This document shows, piece after piece, positions 17,081-25,427 of a DNA stretch of 45,224 bases. Each line of letters opens with the position of its first letter. Within the stretch, counting starts at the first letter, position 1. The translations under genes and the position numbers were made by a program. Below the pieces are notes generated by a model. It saw only the letters and a program-made list of their open reading frames with translations. It did not search any database and was not told where the DNA came from. Origin of the DNA: Chloroflexi bacterium RBG_16_72_14 (GTDB lineage Bacteria > Chloroflexota > Limnocylindria > Limnocylindrales > CSP1-4). Location: the NCBI GenBank assembly GCA_001797035.1, contig MGOE01000133.1:69081-114304 (forward strand), written 5' to 3'.

Positions 17081-17196
17081 CCTCCGGCTTCGATGGCCGA
17101 AGGTCTCTCCCGACCACGGTGGGCCGTGGTCGGCCGCAGCGGGCCACCGAGGTGGCCGGGGTGACGCCGCGGACCGGGTGGGGTACTCCCCTTCGT
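17081..17196 (-). promoter_or_regulatory. yybP-ykoY-type manganese riboswitch plus SD-sequestering expression platform
   Basis: Minus-strand RNA CGAAGGGGAGUAC...GGCCACCucgGGUGGCC...GACCACGGcccaCCGUGGUC..GGGAGAGACCUUCG. It has the conserved GGGGAGUA and GAGACC flanked by pairing GAAGG/CCUUC, directly upstream of a TerC gene. Confidence 0.72.
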
Positions 17197-17202
17197 CGAG
17201 AC

Positions 17203-17231
17203 AGGATCGGGCGCGACGGCCGCGGGGTCAA
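17203..17231 (-). promoter_or_regulatory. candidate promoter TTGACC-17nt-GATCCT for the riboswitch-TerC transcript
   Basis: On the minus strand, TTGACC (17231-17226), a 17-nt spacer and GATCCT (17208-17203). This places the TSS at the 5' edge of the riboswitch. Confidence 0.4.
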
Positions 17232-17290
17232 GCCCGCGAGCTCGATCTGCCCGCGGGCTCGATCACGACCGACGGCTTGACACCGCTGGA

Positions 17291-17307
17291 ATACTGGGGG
17301 GGAGTAT
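17291..17307. promoter_or_regulatory. inverted repeat ATACT-G7-AGTAT overlapping the ATPase start (candidate CsoR-like operator)
   Basis: 5-bp arms around a G7 tract, read directly. It resembles the ATAC(C)n..(G)nGTAT copper-repressor operators only loosely. Confidence 0.3.
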
Positions 17308-19390
17308 GAGTGCAGCGCCCCATCACCCCCACCACACCACGGCCCGCCCGCCGGAGCACGCCGACCACAACAGGCCCTCCGGCGGCCACGACAGGCACGC
17401 CGGCCACTCGGTCGCGATGTTCCGCGACCGGTTCTGGCTCAGCCTGCTGCTGACCCTGCCGGTCCTGGCCTGGAGCCACGACCTCGAGGAGTGGCTGGGC
17501 TACCGCGCCCCGGTGTTTCCCGGCTCGGACTGGGTCCCGGCCGCGCTGGGGACGGTCGTGTTCGCCTACGGCGGCCTCGTGTTCGTGCGGGGCGCCGTCG
17601 GCGAGCTGCGCGACCGCGCTCCGGGGATGATGACCCTGATCTCGCTCGCGATCGTCGTCGCGTTCGTCACCAGCTGGGCCGGCACGCTCGACCTGTTCGA
17701 GGTCGAGATCTGGTGGGAGCTGGCGACGCTGATCACGGTCATGCTCCTCGGCCACTGGCTCGAGATGCGCTCGATCGCCCAGGCTCGGGGCGCGCTCGCG
17801 GCGCTGGCGGCGCTCCTGCCGGACACCGCGGAGCGGGTGACCCCCGCCGGGACCGAGACGGTGCCGCTCGACGCGCTCGCCGTCGGGGACGTCGTCCTCG
17901 CCCGGCCGGGGGCACGCATCCCCGCGGACGGCGTCGTCGCCGACGGCGCCGCCGACGTGGACGAGTCGATGATCACCGGCGAGTCGCGGCCGGTCGCGAA
18001 GCAGGCCGGCGACCGGGTGGTGGCCGGCACCGTCGCGGCGGGCGGCAGCCTGCGGATCCGGATCGACGCCGTGGGCGAGGCGACCGCGCTGTCCGGGATC
18101 ATGCGCCTGGTCGCGGCGGCGCAGGCATCCGCCTCGCGGGCGCAGGCGCTGGCGGACCGGGCGGCAGCCGCGCTGTTCTACGTGGCGCTTGCCGCCGGAT
18201 CCGTGACGCTGGTCGTGTGGTGGCTCCAGGGGGACCCCGAGGGCGCCCTCGTCCGGACGGCAACCGTGCTCGTGATCGCCTGCCCCCACGCGCTCGGGCT
18301 CGCGATCCCGCTGGTCATCGCGATCTCGACCTCGCTGGGAGCCCGGAACGGGCTGCTGGTGAAGGACCGGATCGCGCTCGAGCGCGCCCGCGAGCTGGAC
18401 GTGGTCATCTTCGACAAGACGGGCACGCTGACGAAGGGCCGGCCGGTGGTGTCGGCGGTCTCGGCCGCCGGCGACGCGTCGGAGGACGACCTGCTGCGGC
18501 TGGCGGCCTCGGTCGAGGCGGACTCCGAGCACCCGCTCGCCAGGGCGATCGTGGAGGCGGCGGCCCGGCGCGGGATCGAGCCCGGGACCGTCCGCGACTT
18601 CGAGTCGCTGCCCGGCCGCGGGGCCCGCGCGACGGTCGACGGGCGCACGGTCGCTGTCGGTGGCCCGCGGCTCCTCGCGGAGCTCGGTCGGTCGCCGGTC
18701 GGCGACGCGGGCGCCTGGGCGGCCGACGGCCGGACCACGCTCCACGTCCTGGCCGAGGGACGGGTGATCGGCGCGCTCGCCCTCGAGGACGAGATCCGCC
18801 CCGAGTCCGTCGAAGCCGTCTCGCGCCTCCATCGGATGGGCCTCAAGGTGGCGATGATCACCGGCGACGCGCATGCGGTGGCGGCGTCCGTCGCCCGCCG
18901 GCTGGGCATCGACGAGGTTGCTGCGGAGGTCCTGCCGGCCGACAAGGCGGAGGCCGTGCGCCGGTTCCAGGCCGGTGGCCGACGCGTCGCGATGGTCGGC
19001 GATGGGGTCAACGACGCGCCGGCGCTCGCCACCGCCGACGTCGGCATCGCGATCGGCGCTGGGACGGACGTGGCCGTCGAATCGGCCGGCATCGTCCTCG
19101 TCCGGAGCGACCCGCGGGACGTCGTCGGCGCGATCGAGCTGTCACGCGCGACGTACGCGAAGATGGTCCAGAACCTGGTCTGGGCCACGGGCTACAACCT
19201 CGTCGCGATCCCGGTCGCGGCGGGCGTGCTCGTGCCATGGGGTCTCGACCTGCCCATGGCGGCGGGCGCGATCGCGATGAGCGCATCCACGATCATCGTC
19301 GCCGCCAACGCCCAGCTCCTGCGGCGCCTCCGGCTCCGGCCGGCGGCGGACACCACCTCCCTGCCGGCCACGGCGCCGGCATCAGCCTGA
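17306..19390 (+). CDS. copB: heavy-metal P1B-type ATPase, CPH motif with His-rich N-terminus (CopB-like)
   Basis: N-terminus HHPHHTTARPPEHADHN..HDRHAGH, TM CPH motif VIACPHALGLAIP, DKTGTLT, GDGVNDAPAL. Confidence 0.85.
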   Translation: MSAAPHHPHHTTARPPEHADHNRPSGGHDRHAGHSVAMFRDRFWLSLLLTLPVLAWSHDLEEWLGYRAPVFPGSDWVPAALGTVVFAYGGLVFVRGAVGELRDRAPGMMTLISLAIVVAFVTSWAGTLDLFEVEIWWELATLITVMLLGHWLEMRSIAQARGALAALAALLPDTAERVTPAGTETVPLDALAVGDVVLARPGARIPADGVVADGAADVDESMITGESRPVAKQAGDRVVAGTVAAGGSLRIRIDAVGEATALSGIMRLVAAAQASASRAQALADRAAAALFYVALAAGSVTLVVWWLQGDPEGALVRTATVLVIACPHALGLAIPLVIAISTSLGARNGLLVKDRIALERARELDVVIFDKTGTLTKGRPVVSAVSAAGDASEDDLLRLAASVEADSEHPLARAIVEAAARRGIEPGTVRDFESLPGRGARATVDGRTVAVGGPRLLAELGRSPVGDAGAWAADGRTTLHVLAEGRVIGALALEDEIRPESVEAVSRLHRMGLKVAMITGDAHAVAASVARRLGIDEVAAEVLPADKAEAVRRFQAGGRRVAMVGDGVNDAPALATADVGIAIGAGTDVAVESAGIVLVRSDPRDVVGAIELSRATYAKMVQNLVWATGYNLVAIPVAAGVLVPWGLDLPMAAGAIAMSASTIIVAANAQLLRRLRLRPAADTTSLPATAPASA

Positions 19391-19405
19391 CGAAGGAGAG
19401 CCCCC

Positions 19406-19603
19406 ATGACCGAGCATCGAACGATCGCCCCCAACGAGGACCCGGTGTGCGGGATGCACCCCGATCCCGTTGCCGCCCGCGACCGCGGCCTCGTCACCAC
19501 CCACGAGGGGCGTGAGTACGTGTTCTGCGGCAAGGGTTGCCTGCTCGAGTTCCGCGACGACCCCGAGCGGTTCCTGGCGCCGGGCTACACGCCCGCGATG
19601 TGA
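19406..19603 (+). CDS. YHS/TRASH domain metal-binding protein
   Basis: DPVCGM....YVFCGKGCLLEF..DPERF pattern. AAGGAGAG SD. Directly downstream of the ATPase. Confidence 0.75.
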   Translation: MTEHRTIAPNEDPVCGMHPDPVAARDRGLVTTHEGREYVFCGKGCLLEFRDDPERFLAPGYTPAM

Positions 19604-19619
19604 CCCCGCGGGGCGGGTG

Positions 19620-19650
19620 TTGACCCGCCGCCCCCCGCGCGCGCTAGCAT
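19620..19650 (+). promoter_or_regulatory. candidate promoter TTGACC-19nt-TAGCAT giving a leaderless guaD transcript
   Basis: TAGCAT 19645-19650 lies exactly 6 nt before ATG 19657. No SD is present. Confidence 0.45.
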
Positions 19651-19656
19651 CCGCCG

Positions 19657-21003
19657 ATGGGAGCGTCCCTTCCCGGGCGTCCGCCGTTCGTGCTGCGGGC
19701 CCGGATCCTGACGCCGCTGGCCGAGGGCGGCACGCGCTACGAGCCCGACGGCCGCCTGGCGGTCGATGCGCGCGGCGCGATCACGGCGGTGGAGCCATGG
19801 CCGGCGTCGCCCGTTGAGCCGGCGGACGGGACGGGCACACCGGCGATCGATCTCCGCCCGCTGGTCCTGCTGCCAGGCATGGTCGACCTCCACGTCCACC
19901 TGCCCCAGCTGCCGAACGCGGGTGTCGGCGCCGGGCTGGACCTGCTGACCTGGCTCCGGCGGTACATCTTCCCGCTCGAGCGCGAGTTCGACGAGGCAGC
20001 GGCCGAGGACCTCGCACCCCGCGCGTTCCGCGCCTTCGCGGCGGCCGGGACGACGACGGTCCTCGCGTATGGCGCCGTGTTCGAGGCATCGATGGACGCC
20101 TCGTTCCGCGCCGCCGAGGCGCACGGGATCCGGGCGATCCTGGGCAAGGTCATGATGGACCGCGGCAGCTACGACGACCGGCTGCCCGCGGACCGCGTCC
20201 TGGACACCAGCCTGCGCCAGTCGGCCGACCTGTGCGCGCGCTGGCACGGGCGCGACGAGGGCCGCCTCCGATACGCGTTCACGCCCCGCTTCGCGGTCTC
20301 GTGCAGCGCGGACATGCTCCGCGAGTCGGCGGCCCTCGCCCGGTCCACCGGCGCCTACTGGCAGACGCACCTGGCCGAGGACCACGGTGAGGTCCGCGAG
20401 GTCGCGCGCCTGTTCCCCGAGGCGCTCGACTACCTCGATGTCTACGACCGCGCCGGCGGCCTCGGCCCGCGGACGATCCTTGCCCATGCCATCCACCTCT
20501 CGGCCCGCGAGGTGGCCAGGCTCGCCGAGACCGACACCGCGATCGCGCACTGCCCGGCGTCGAACCTGTTCCTCGCCTCGGGGGCGATGCGGCTCGCGCG
20601 CCTCCGCGCTGCGGGGATCCGGGTGGGGCTGGGCTCGGACGTATCGGCCGGCCCGGAGCTCTCGATCTTCGCCAACATGCGGGCCGGGGCGTACACCCAG
20701 AGCGGCCTGCGGGTGCTGGGCGAGGACGACACGAGGCCGCTGGGTCCGCTGGACTGGCTGCGGCTCGGGTCGCTCGAGGGCGCCCGGGTCCTCGGGATCG
20801 CCGACGAGACGGGCTCGATCGAGACCGGCAAGGCGGCGGACCTGATCGCCGTGGACCCGAGGCTGGTGGCGCCGATCGAGGGCGTGGACTCCCACGACCC
20901 CGCCGAGGTCATGTCACGGCTCGCGTTCCGGCCGCACCCGGACATGGTGCGCGCGGCCTGGGTCCGCGGGCGCCGCCTCGACGGCCCGCCCGGGGTCGCA
21001 TGA
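19657..21003 (+). CDS. guaD: guanine deaminase (amidohydrolase superfamily)
   Basis: PGMVDLHVHLPQ, THLAE, AHAIHL, HCPASNLFLASG, GLGSDV. Purine-catabolic context. Confidence 0.75.
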   Translation: MGASLPGRPPFVLRARILTPLAEGGTRYEPDGRLAVDARGAITAVEPWPASPVEPADGTGTPAIDLRPLVLLPGMVDLHVHLPQLPNAGVGAGLDLLTWLRRYIFPLEREFDEAAAEDLAPRAFRAFAAAGTTTVLAYGAVFEASMDASFRAAEAHGIRAILGKVMMDRGSYDDRLPADRVLDTSLRQSADLCARWHGRDEGRLRYAFTPRFAVSCSADMLRESAALARSTGAYWQTHLAEDHGEVREVARLFPEALDYLDVYDRAGGLGPRTILAHAIHLSAREVARLAETDTAIAHCPASNLFLASGAMRLARLRAAGIRVGLGSDVSAGPELSIFANMRAGAYTQSGLRVLGEDDTRPLGPLDWLRLGSLEGARVLGIADETGSIETGKAADLIAVDPRLVAPIEGVDSHDPAEVMSRLAFRPHPDMVRAAWVRGRRLDGPPGVA

Positions 21004-22619
21004 TGCTCGGCGTCGACATCCTGATCACCGGCGCCACGCTGGTCGACGGCACCGGCGCGCCCGGGAGGCCGGGGCGGCTCGCGGTGGCCGGCGACCGGAT
21101 CGTCCTCCCACCGGACGGTGTCGCGGTGCAGGCCGGCCGCACGATCGACGGACGCGGGCTCGTCGTGGCGCCCGGGTTCATCGACCTCCACAGCCACGGC
21201 GGCCTGGTGATGCTCGCCGAGCCGCGGCACGAGCCGAAGGTGCGCCAGGGGGTCACAACCGAGCTGATCGGCGTCGACGGCAACGCGTACGCGCCGTTCC
21301 CCTCGCGCCGCGACCTCGAGGACTTCGCCGTGCTCAACGGCGGCCTCGACGGCCGGCCCGCCGTCGCCTTCGACTGGAGCACGGTCGCCGAGTACCTCGC
21401 GCGCTACGACGGCGCCGCCTCGGTCAACGTCGCCTACGTCGTCGGCAACTCGCCGCTGCGGATCGCCGCCCTCGGCTGGGACGAGGTCGAGGCGTCGCCG
21501 GCGGCGATCGCCGACCAGCGCGCACGGCTCCGCGAGGCCATGGAGGACGGCGCGTTCGGCCTGTCGACCGGGCTGGACTACCCGCCCGGCTCGTACGCCT
21601 CGACGGCCGAGCTCGCCTCGCTGGCCGAGGAGGGCGCCCGCCTCGGCGGCTTCTACCACACCCACGTGCGCTACCCGCTGGGCGACGGCTTCCTCGACCC
21701 GTTCCGGGAGGCGATCGAGATCGGGCGGCGCGGCGGGTCGCCCGTCCACATCACGCACTTCTACCATCGGGCGACGTACCCCGGGCCGCCGGAGGCCCTG
21801 CTCGCCCTCGTCGATGACGCGCGCGCCGAGGGTCTCGACGTGACCTTCGACCTGTACCCCTCCGAGTGGGCGAGCACACGGCTGCTGATCATGCTGCCGA
21901 CCTGGATCCATGCCGGGGGCATCGGGCCCCTGCGGGAGCGGCTGGCCGACCGGGCCGTCCGTGCCCGGATCCGCGACGAGGCGCGCGGCCGAGGGCGGAT
22001 GTTCGCCGGCGACCGCGCCTGGGACGACGTCCGCCTCGGCGCGTTCACGCGGCCCGAGCACCTCGCGTTCGAGGGCCGGACGCTGGGCGAGGTCATGCGC
22101 GAGACCGGCCGCGACGCGGTCGACGCGATCTGCGACCTGCTGCTCGCCGAGGACCTGCGGGTGAACCAGGTGACACCCGGGCCGCACACCGAGGGCATCC
22201 GCCGGTTCCTCCGCCACCCCGGGGCGATGATCGCGACCGACGGAGTGCTCATCGCCGCGAAGCCCGCGCCACGGACCTACGGCACGTACCCGCGGGTCCT
22301 CGGCCAGTTCGTGCGCGAGGAACACCTGCTGGGCCTCGAGGAGGCGGTCCGGCGGATGACCGGCGCCCCGGCGGCGCGCCTCGGGCTGCGCGACCGCGGC
22401 CGGCTTGCGCACGGCCTCGCCGCGGACCTCGTCCTGTTCGATCCCCTGACCGTCCGAACGCCCGCCACGTACGACGAGCCCCGCCAGTACCCGGAGGGCA
22501 TCCCGTTCGTGATCGTGAACGGGCAGCTCGTCGTCGATGGGGGCAAGCACACCGGGGCGACGCCGGGCCGGGCGATCCGGCGGGGCCGCCCCGTCGACAG
22601 GGGACGCCCCGTCGCTTGA
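21000..22619 (+). CDS. D-aminoacylase-like amidohydrolase (Amidohydro_3 type), substrate unknown
   Basis: ILITGATLVDGTG...APGFIDLHSHG...VRQGVTTE pattern of N-acyl-D-amino-acid deacylase relatives. ATGA start/stop overlap with guaD. Confidence 0.65.
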   Translation: MMLGVDILITGATLVDGTGAPGRPGRLAVAGDRIVLPPDGVAVQAGRTIDGRGLVVAPGFIDLHSHGGLVMLAEPRHEPKVRQGVTTELIGVDGNAYAPFPSRRDLEDFAVLNGGLDGRPAVAFDWSTVAEYLARYDGAASVNVAYVVGNSPLRIAALGWDEVEASPAAIADQRARLREAMEDGAFGLSTGLDYPPGSYASTAELASLAEEGARLGGFYHTHVRYPLGDGFLDPFREAIEIGRRGGSPVHITHFYHRATYPGPPEALLALVDDARAEGLDVTFDLYPSEWASTRLLIMLPTWIHAGGIGPLRERLADRAVRARIRDEARGRGRMFAGDRAWDDVRLGAFTRPEHLAFEGRTLGEVMRETGRDAVDAICDLLLAEDLRVNQVTPGPHTEGIRRFLRHPGAMIATDGVLIAAKPAPRTYGTYPRVLGQFVREEHLLGLEEAVRRMTGAPAARLGLRDRGRLAHGLAADLVLFDPLTVRTPATYDEPRQYPEGIPFVIVNGQLVVDGGKHTGATPGRAIRRGRPVDRGRPVA

Positions 22620-22628
22620 CACGCCGCC

Positions 22629-24944
22629 GTGCGCGGCGGCACGCTTCCGCGAACTCAACGGAGGCGCCCCACGTTGACGATCCAGGCACCCGCCGGCCGG
22701 CCAGCCGCGCCGACGCCCGGCCACGCCACGCCGCTGCCGCTCCGGCGGGAGGGCCCGGCCAAGCTCACCGGCCAGGCGCTGTACACCGACGACCTGGTAT
22801 TCCCGGGCGCCTGGTACGGGGCGACGATCCGCTCCACCGTTCCGCACGCGCGGCTGCTCGCGATCGAGCTCGACCCCGCCTTCGACTGGGGCCGCGTCGC
22901 GGTCGTCACCGCGGACGACATCGCCGGGCGGAACGTCGTGGCGAGCATCGCGGAGGACCAGCCGATCCTGGTCCCGGTCGGTGGGGAGATCCGCCACCAG
23001 GCGGAGCCGGTCGTCCTGCTCGCCGCGGCCGATCGGGACACGCTCCGCGAGGCCCGCCGCCTGGTCAGCCTCCGGACCGAGCCGCTGCCGCCCGTGTTCG
23101 ACCCGCTCGCGTCGACCGTCGTGTTCGCCCACCACGCGCTGGTCAAGGGCGACGTCGAGGCGGCGCTGGCCGCGGACGGGGTCGTGGTCGTCGAGGCAAC
23201 GTACCGCGTCGGCCACCAGGAGCAGCTGTACATCGAGAACAACGCGATGATCGCGATCCCGCGCGGGGACGGCGGGATGACCGTCCACGGCAGCCTCCAG
23301 TGCCCGTTCTACGTGCACAGGGCCCTGCGCACCGGCCTCGGGCTCGACGACGCGCACGCGCAGGTCGTCCAGGCGGAGACGGGCGGCGGGTTTGGCGGCA
23401 AGGAGGAGTACCCGTCGATGATCGCGCTCCACGCCGCGCTCCTCGCTCGCCGGACGGGGCGGCCCGTGCGCATGATCTACGACCGACACGAGGACCTGGC
23501 CGCGACGACCAAGCGCCACCCGGCGGTGATCCGGCACCGGACCGGCGTCCGACGCGACGGGACGATCGTCGCCCAGGACATCGAGCTCGTCCTCGACGGC
23601 GGCGCCTACACCACGCTCACGCCCGTCGTCCTGTCGCGGGCCACGATCCACGCCGGCGGCCCGTACGACGTGCCCAACGTCCGGATCCGGTCGCGTGCGG
23701 TGGCGACGAACACGCCGCCCAACGGGGCGTTCCGCGGCTTCGGGGCGCCGCAGGCCGAGTTCGCGGCCGAGATGCAGGTCGGCCGCTGCGCGGAGGCGAT
23801 CGGGATGTCGCCACTGGAGATTCGACGCCGCAATGCCTACCGGGCGGCCGGCGTCACGCCGACCGGCCAGGTGCTCCACGATGACGCCGCCGCGCTCGAG
23901 GTCCTGGAGCGGGCCGCGGAGGCGAGCGAGTTCGATTGGGTGCGGGCCCGCACGGCCGCCGAGCGCGCCGGACGCGGGCCGCGGGCGCGGACGGCGCGGG
24001 GCATCGGCCTCGCGCTGGGCTGGCACGGCGCCGGGTTCACGGGCTCGGGCGAGGCGAAGATGGGCTCCGTAGCAAGCATCGAGCTCACCGGCGACGGCCG
24101 GATCAGGATCCTCACGGCATCCACCGAGATGGGCCAGGGAACGAAGACGATATTCCCGCAGCTGGTCGCCGCCGAGCTGGGGGTGGATCCCGACGACGTC
24201 GAGATGGCGCCCCAGGACACCTCGCTGGTGCCGGACTCGGGGCCCACGGTGGCGTCGCGCACCGCGATGGTCGTGGGCGGGCTGCTGGTCCACGCCGCCC
24301 GGCGGCTGAAGGCGGACGTCGAGGGCCGGACCGGCCGGCCGTTCGAGCTGTCCTGGCGCGACGACGCGCGGGACCACGGCCCCACCCGGATCGACGAGCG
24401 GTTCTCGCCCTACCCGGGTCGCAGCTTCGACGACGCGACCTACAGCGGTGACGCGTACCCGGCGTTCGGCTGGGCGGCCGCGGTCGCCGAGGTCGAGGTG
24501 GACCTGGACACGGCGGAGGTCACGGTGCTCTCGGTCGTCGCCGTGGACGACGTGGGCCGGGCCATCCACCCCGTCCTGTGCGAGGGCCAGGTGGAAGGCG
24601 GGACGCTCCAGGCCGTGGGCTACGCGACGATCGAGGAGATCAAGCTCGTCGACGGGCGGTACCTCAACGACCGCCTCCAGACGTACCTGATCCCGACGTC
24701 GCTCGATGCCCCGCGGATCGAGACGATCCTGGTCGAGGCGCCGTTCGAGGACGCACCACACGGTGCGAAGGGCGTGGGCGAGCTGCCGATGGACGTTGGG
24801 GCGCCGGCGGTGGTCGCGGCGATCCACGACGCCACGGGAGCCTGGATCGACGACCTGCCGGCATCGCCGGAGCGGATCATCGCGGCGCTGGCCGGGATCG
24901 CCCCACCAGGGCCGCCGGGCATGTCGACGGTGTCGGCGCCGTGA
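22629..24944 (+). CDS. xanthine dehydrogenase family molybdopterin-binding large subunit
   Basis: GGGFGGKE, NGAFRGFGAPQ, KGVGELP motifs. About 770 aa. The exact start is uncertain (a TTG near 22674 is also possible). Confidence 0.88.
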   Translation: MRGGTLPRTQRRRPTLTIQAPAGRPAAPTPGHATPLPLRREGPAKLTGQALYTDDLVFPGAWYGATIRSTVPHARLLAIELDPAFDWGRVAVVTADDIAGRNVVASIAEDQPILVPVGGEIRHQAEPVVLLAAADRDTLREARRLVSLRTEPLPPVFDPLASTVVFAHHALVKGDVEAALAADGVVVVEATYRVGHQEQLYIENNAMIAIPRGDGGMTVHGSLQCPFYVHRALRTGLGLDDAHAQVVQAETGGGFGGKEEYPSMIALHAALLARRTGRPVRMIYDRHEDLAATTKRHPAVIRHRTGVRRDGTIVAQDIELVLDGGAYTTLTPVVLSRATIHAGGPYDVPNVRIRSRAVATNTPPNGAFRGFGAPQAEFAAEMQVGRCAEAIGMSPLEIRRRNAYRAAGVTPTGQVLHDDAAALEVLERAAEASEFDWVRARTAAERAGRGPRARTARGIGLALGWHGAGFTGSGEAKMGSVASIELTGDGRIRILTASTEMGQGTKTIFPQLVAAELGVDPDDVEMAPQDTSLVPDSGPTVASRTAMVVGGLLVHAARRLKADVEGRTGRPFELSWRDDARDHGPTRIDERFSPYPGRSFDDATYSGDAYPAFGWAAAVAEVEVDLDTAEVTVLSVVAVDDVGRAIHPVLCEGQVEGGTLQAVGYATIEEIKLVDGRYLNDRLQTYLIPTSLDAPRIETILVEAPFEDAPHGAKGVGELPMDVGAPAVVAAIHDATGAWIDDLPASPERIIAALAGIAPPGPPGMSTVSAP

Positions 24945-25426
24945 CGTACCGCCTGGTCGTCAACGGCGAGCCCGCCGAGGTCGGCGTGCCCGGCATGCGC
25001 CGGCTGCTCGACGTCCTGCGCGAGGACCTCGGCCTCACCGGGACCAAGGAGGGCTGCGGCGAGGGCGAGTGCGGGGCGTGCACCGTGCTCGTGGACGGCG
25101 AGGTCGTCGTGAGCTGCCTCGTGCCGGTGTGCCAGGTCGACGGCTCCGTGGTGCGGACGGTGGAGGGGCTGGCCGTGGCCGGGGGCAGCGCGCTCGCACC
25201 GCTCCAGGCCGCGTTCCTCGAGGCCGGCGGCGCGCAGTGCGGGATCTGCACGCCCGGGATGCTGATGGCCGCCGATGCATTCCTCGCGGCCGGTGCCGAG
25301 CCCACCGACGACGCGATCCGCGGGGCGATCGCCGGCAACCTCTGCCGCTGCACCGGCTACACCAAGATCGTGGACGCGATCCGGCTCGCCGCGGAGCGCC
25401 GTCAGGCCGGCGCCGGGGCGGCCTGA
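24941..25426 (+). CDS. xanthine dehydrogenase [2Fe-2S] small subunit
   Basis: GCGEGECGACTV and CGICTPGM...NLCRCTGY cluster motifs. GTGA overlap with the large subunit. Confidence 0.9.
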   Translation: MTYRLVVNGEPAEVGVPGMRRLLDVLREDLGLTGTKEGCGEGECGACTVLVDGEVVVSCLVPVCQVDGSVVRTVEGLAVAGGSALAPLQAAFLEAGGAQCGICTPGMLMAADAFLAAGAEPTDDAIRGAIAGNLCRCTGYTKIVDAIRLAAERRQAGAGAA

Positions 25427-25427
25427 C

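Noticed and set aside
14660-17300. Genomic island integrated at the tmRNA 3' end (a search for a direct repeat of ..GAGTTCGACTCTCCCCCATCTCCACCA and for an integrase)
   Set aside because: No second copy of the tmRNA 3' segment and no integrase or recombinase-like ORF was seen by eye downstream. Only decayed gene remnants are present. A computational repeat search would be needed to exclude short att sites.
17277-17308. MerR/CueR-type promoter reading TTGACA-20nt-GAGTAT for the ATPase
   Set aside because: The spacer is 20 nt rather than 19. The putative -10 overlaps the ATG, so the TSS would fall inside the His-rich coding region. No dyad typical of MerR operators lies in the spacer.
20442-24827. 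1461-aa minus-strand ORF, plus similar very long ORFs such as 1325-2893(-), 6067-7635(-), 10607-12295(-), 15044-17164(+), 17228-18874(-), 25774-27123(+) and 36277-38061(+)
   Set aside because: They are Arg/Pro/Gly/Asp-rich low-complexity translations lying antisense or out of frame to genes with clear family motifs. Stop-free frames of this kind are expected by chance at this GC content.
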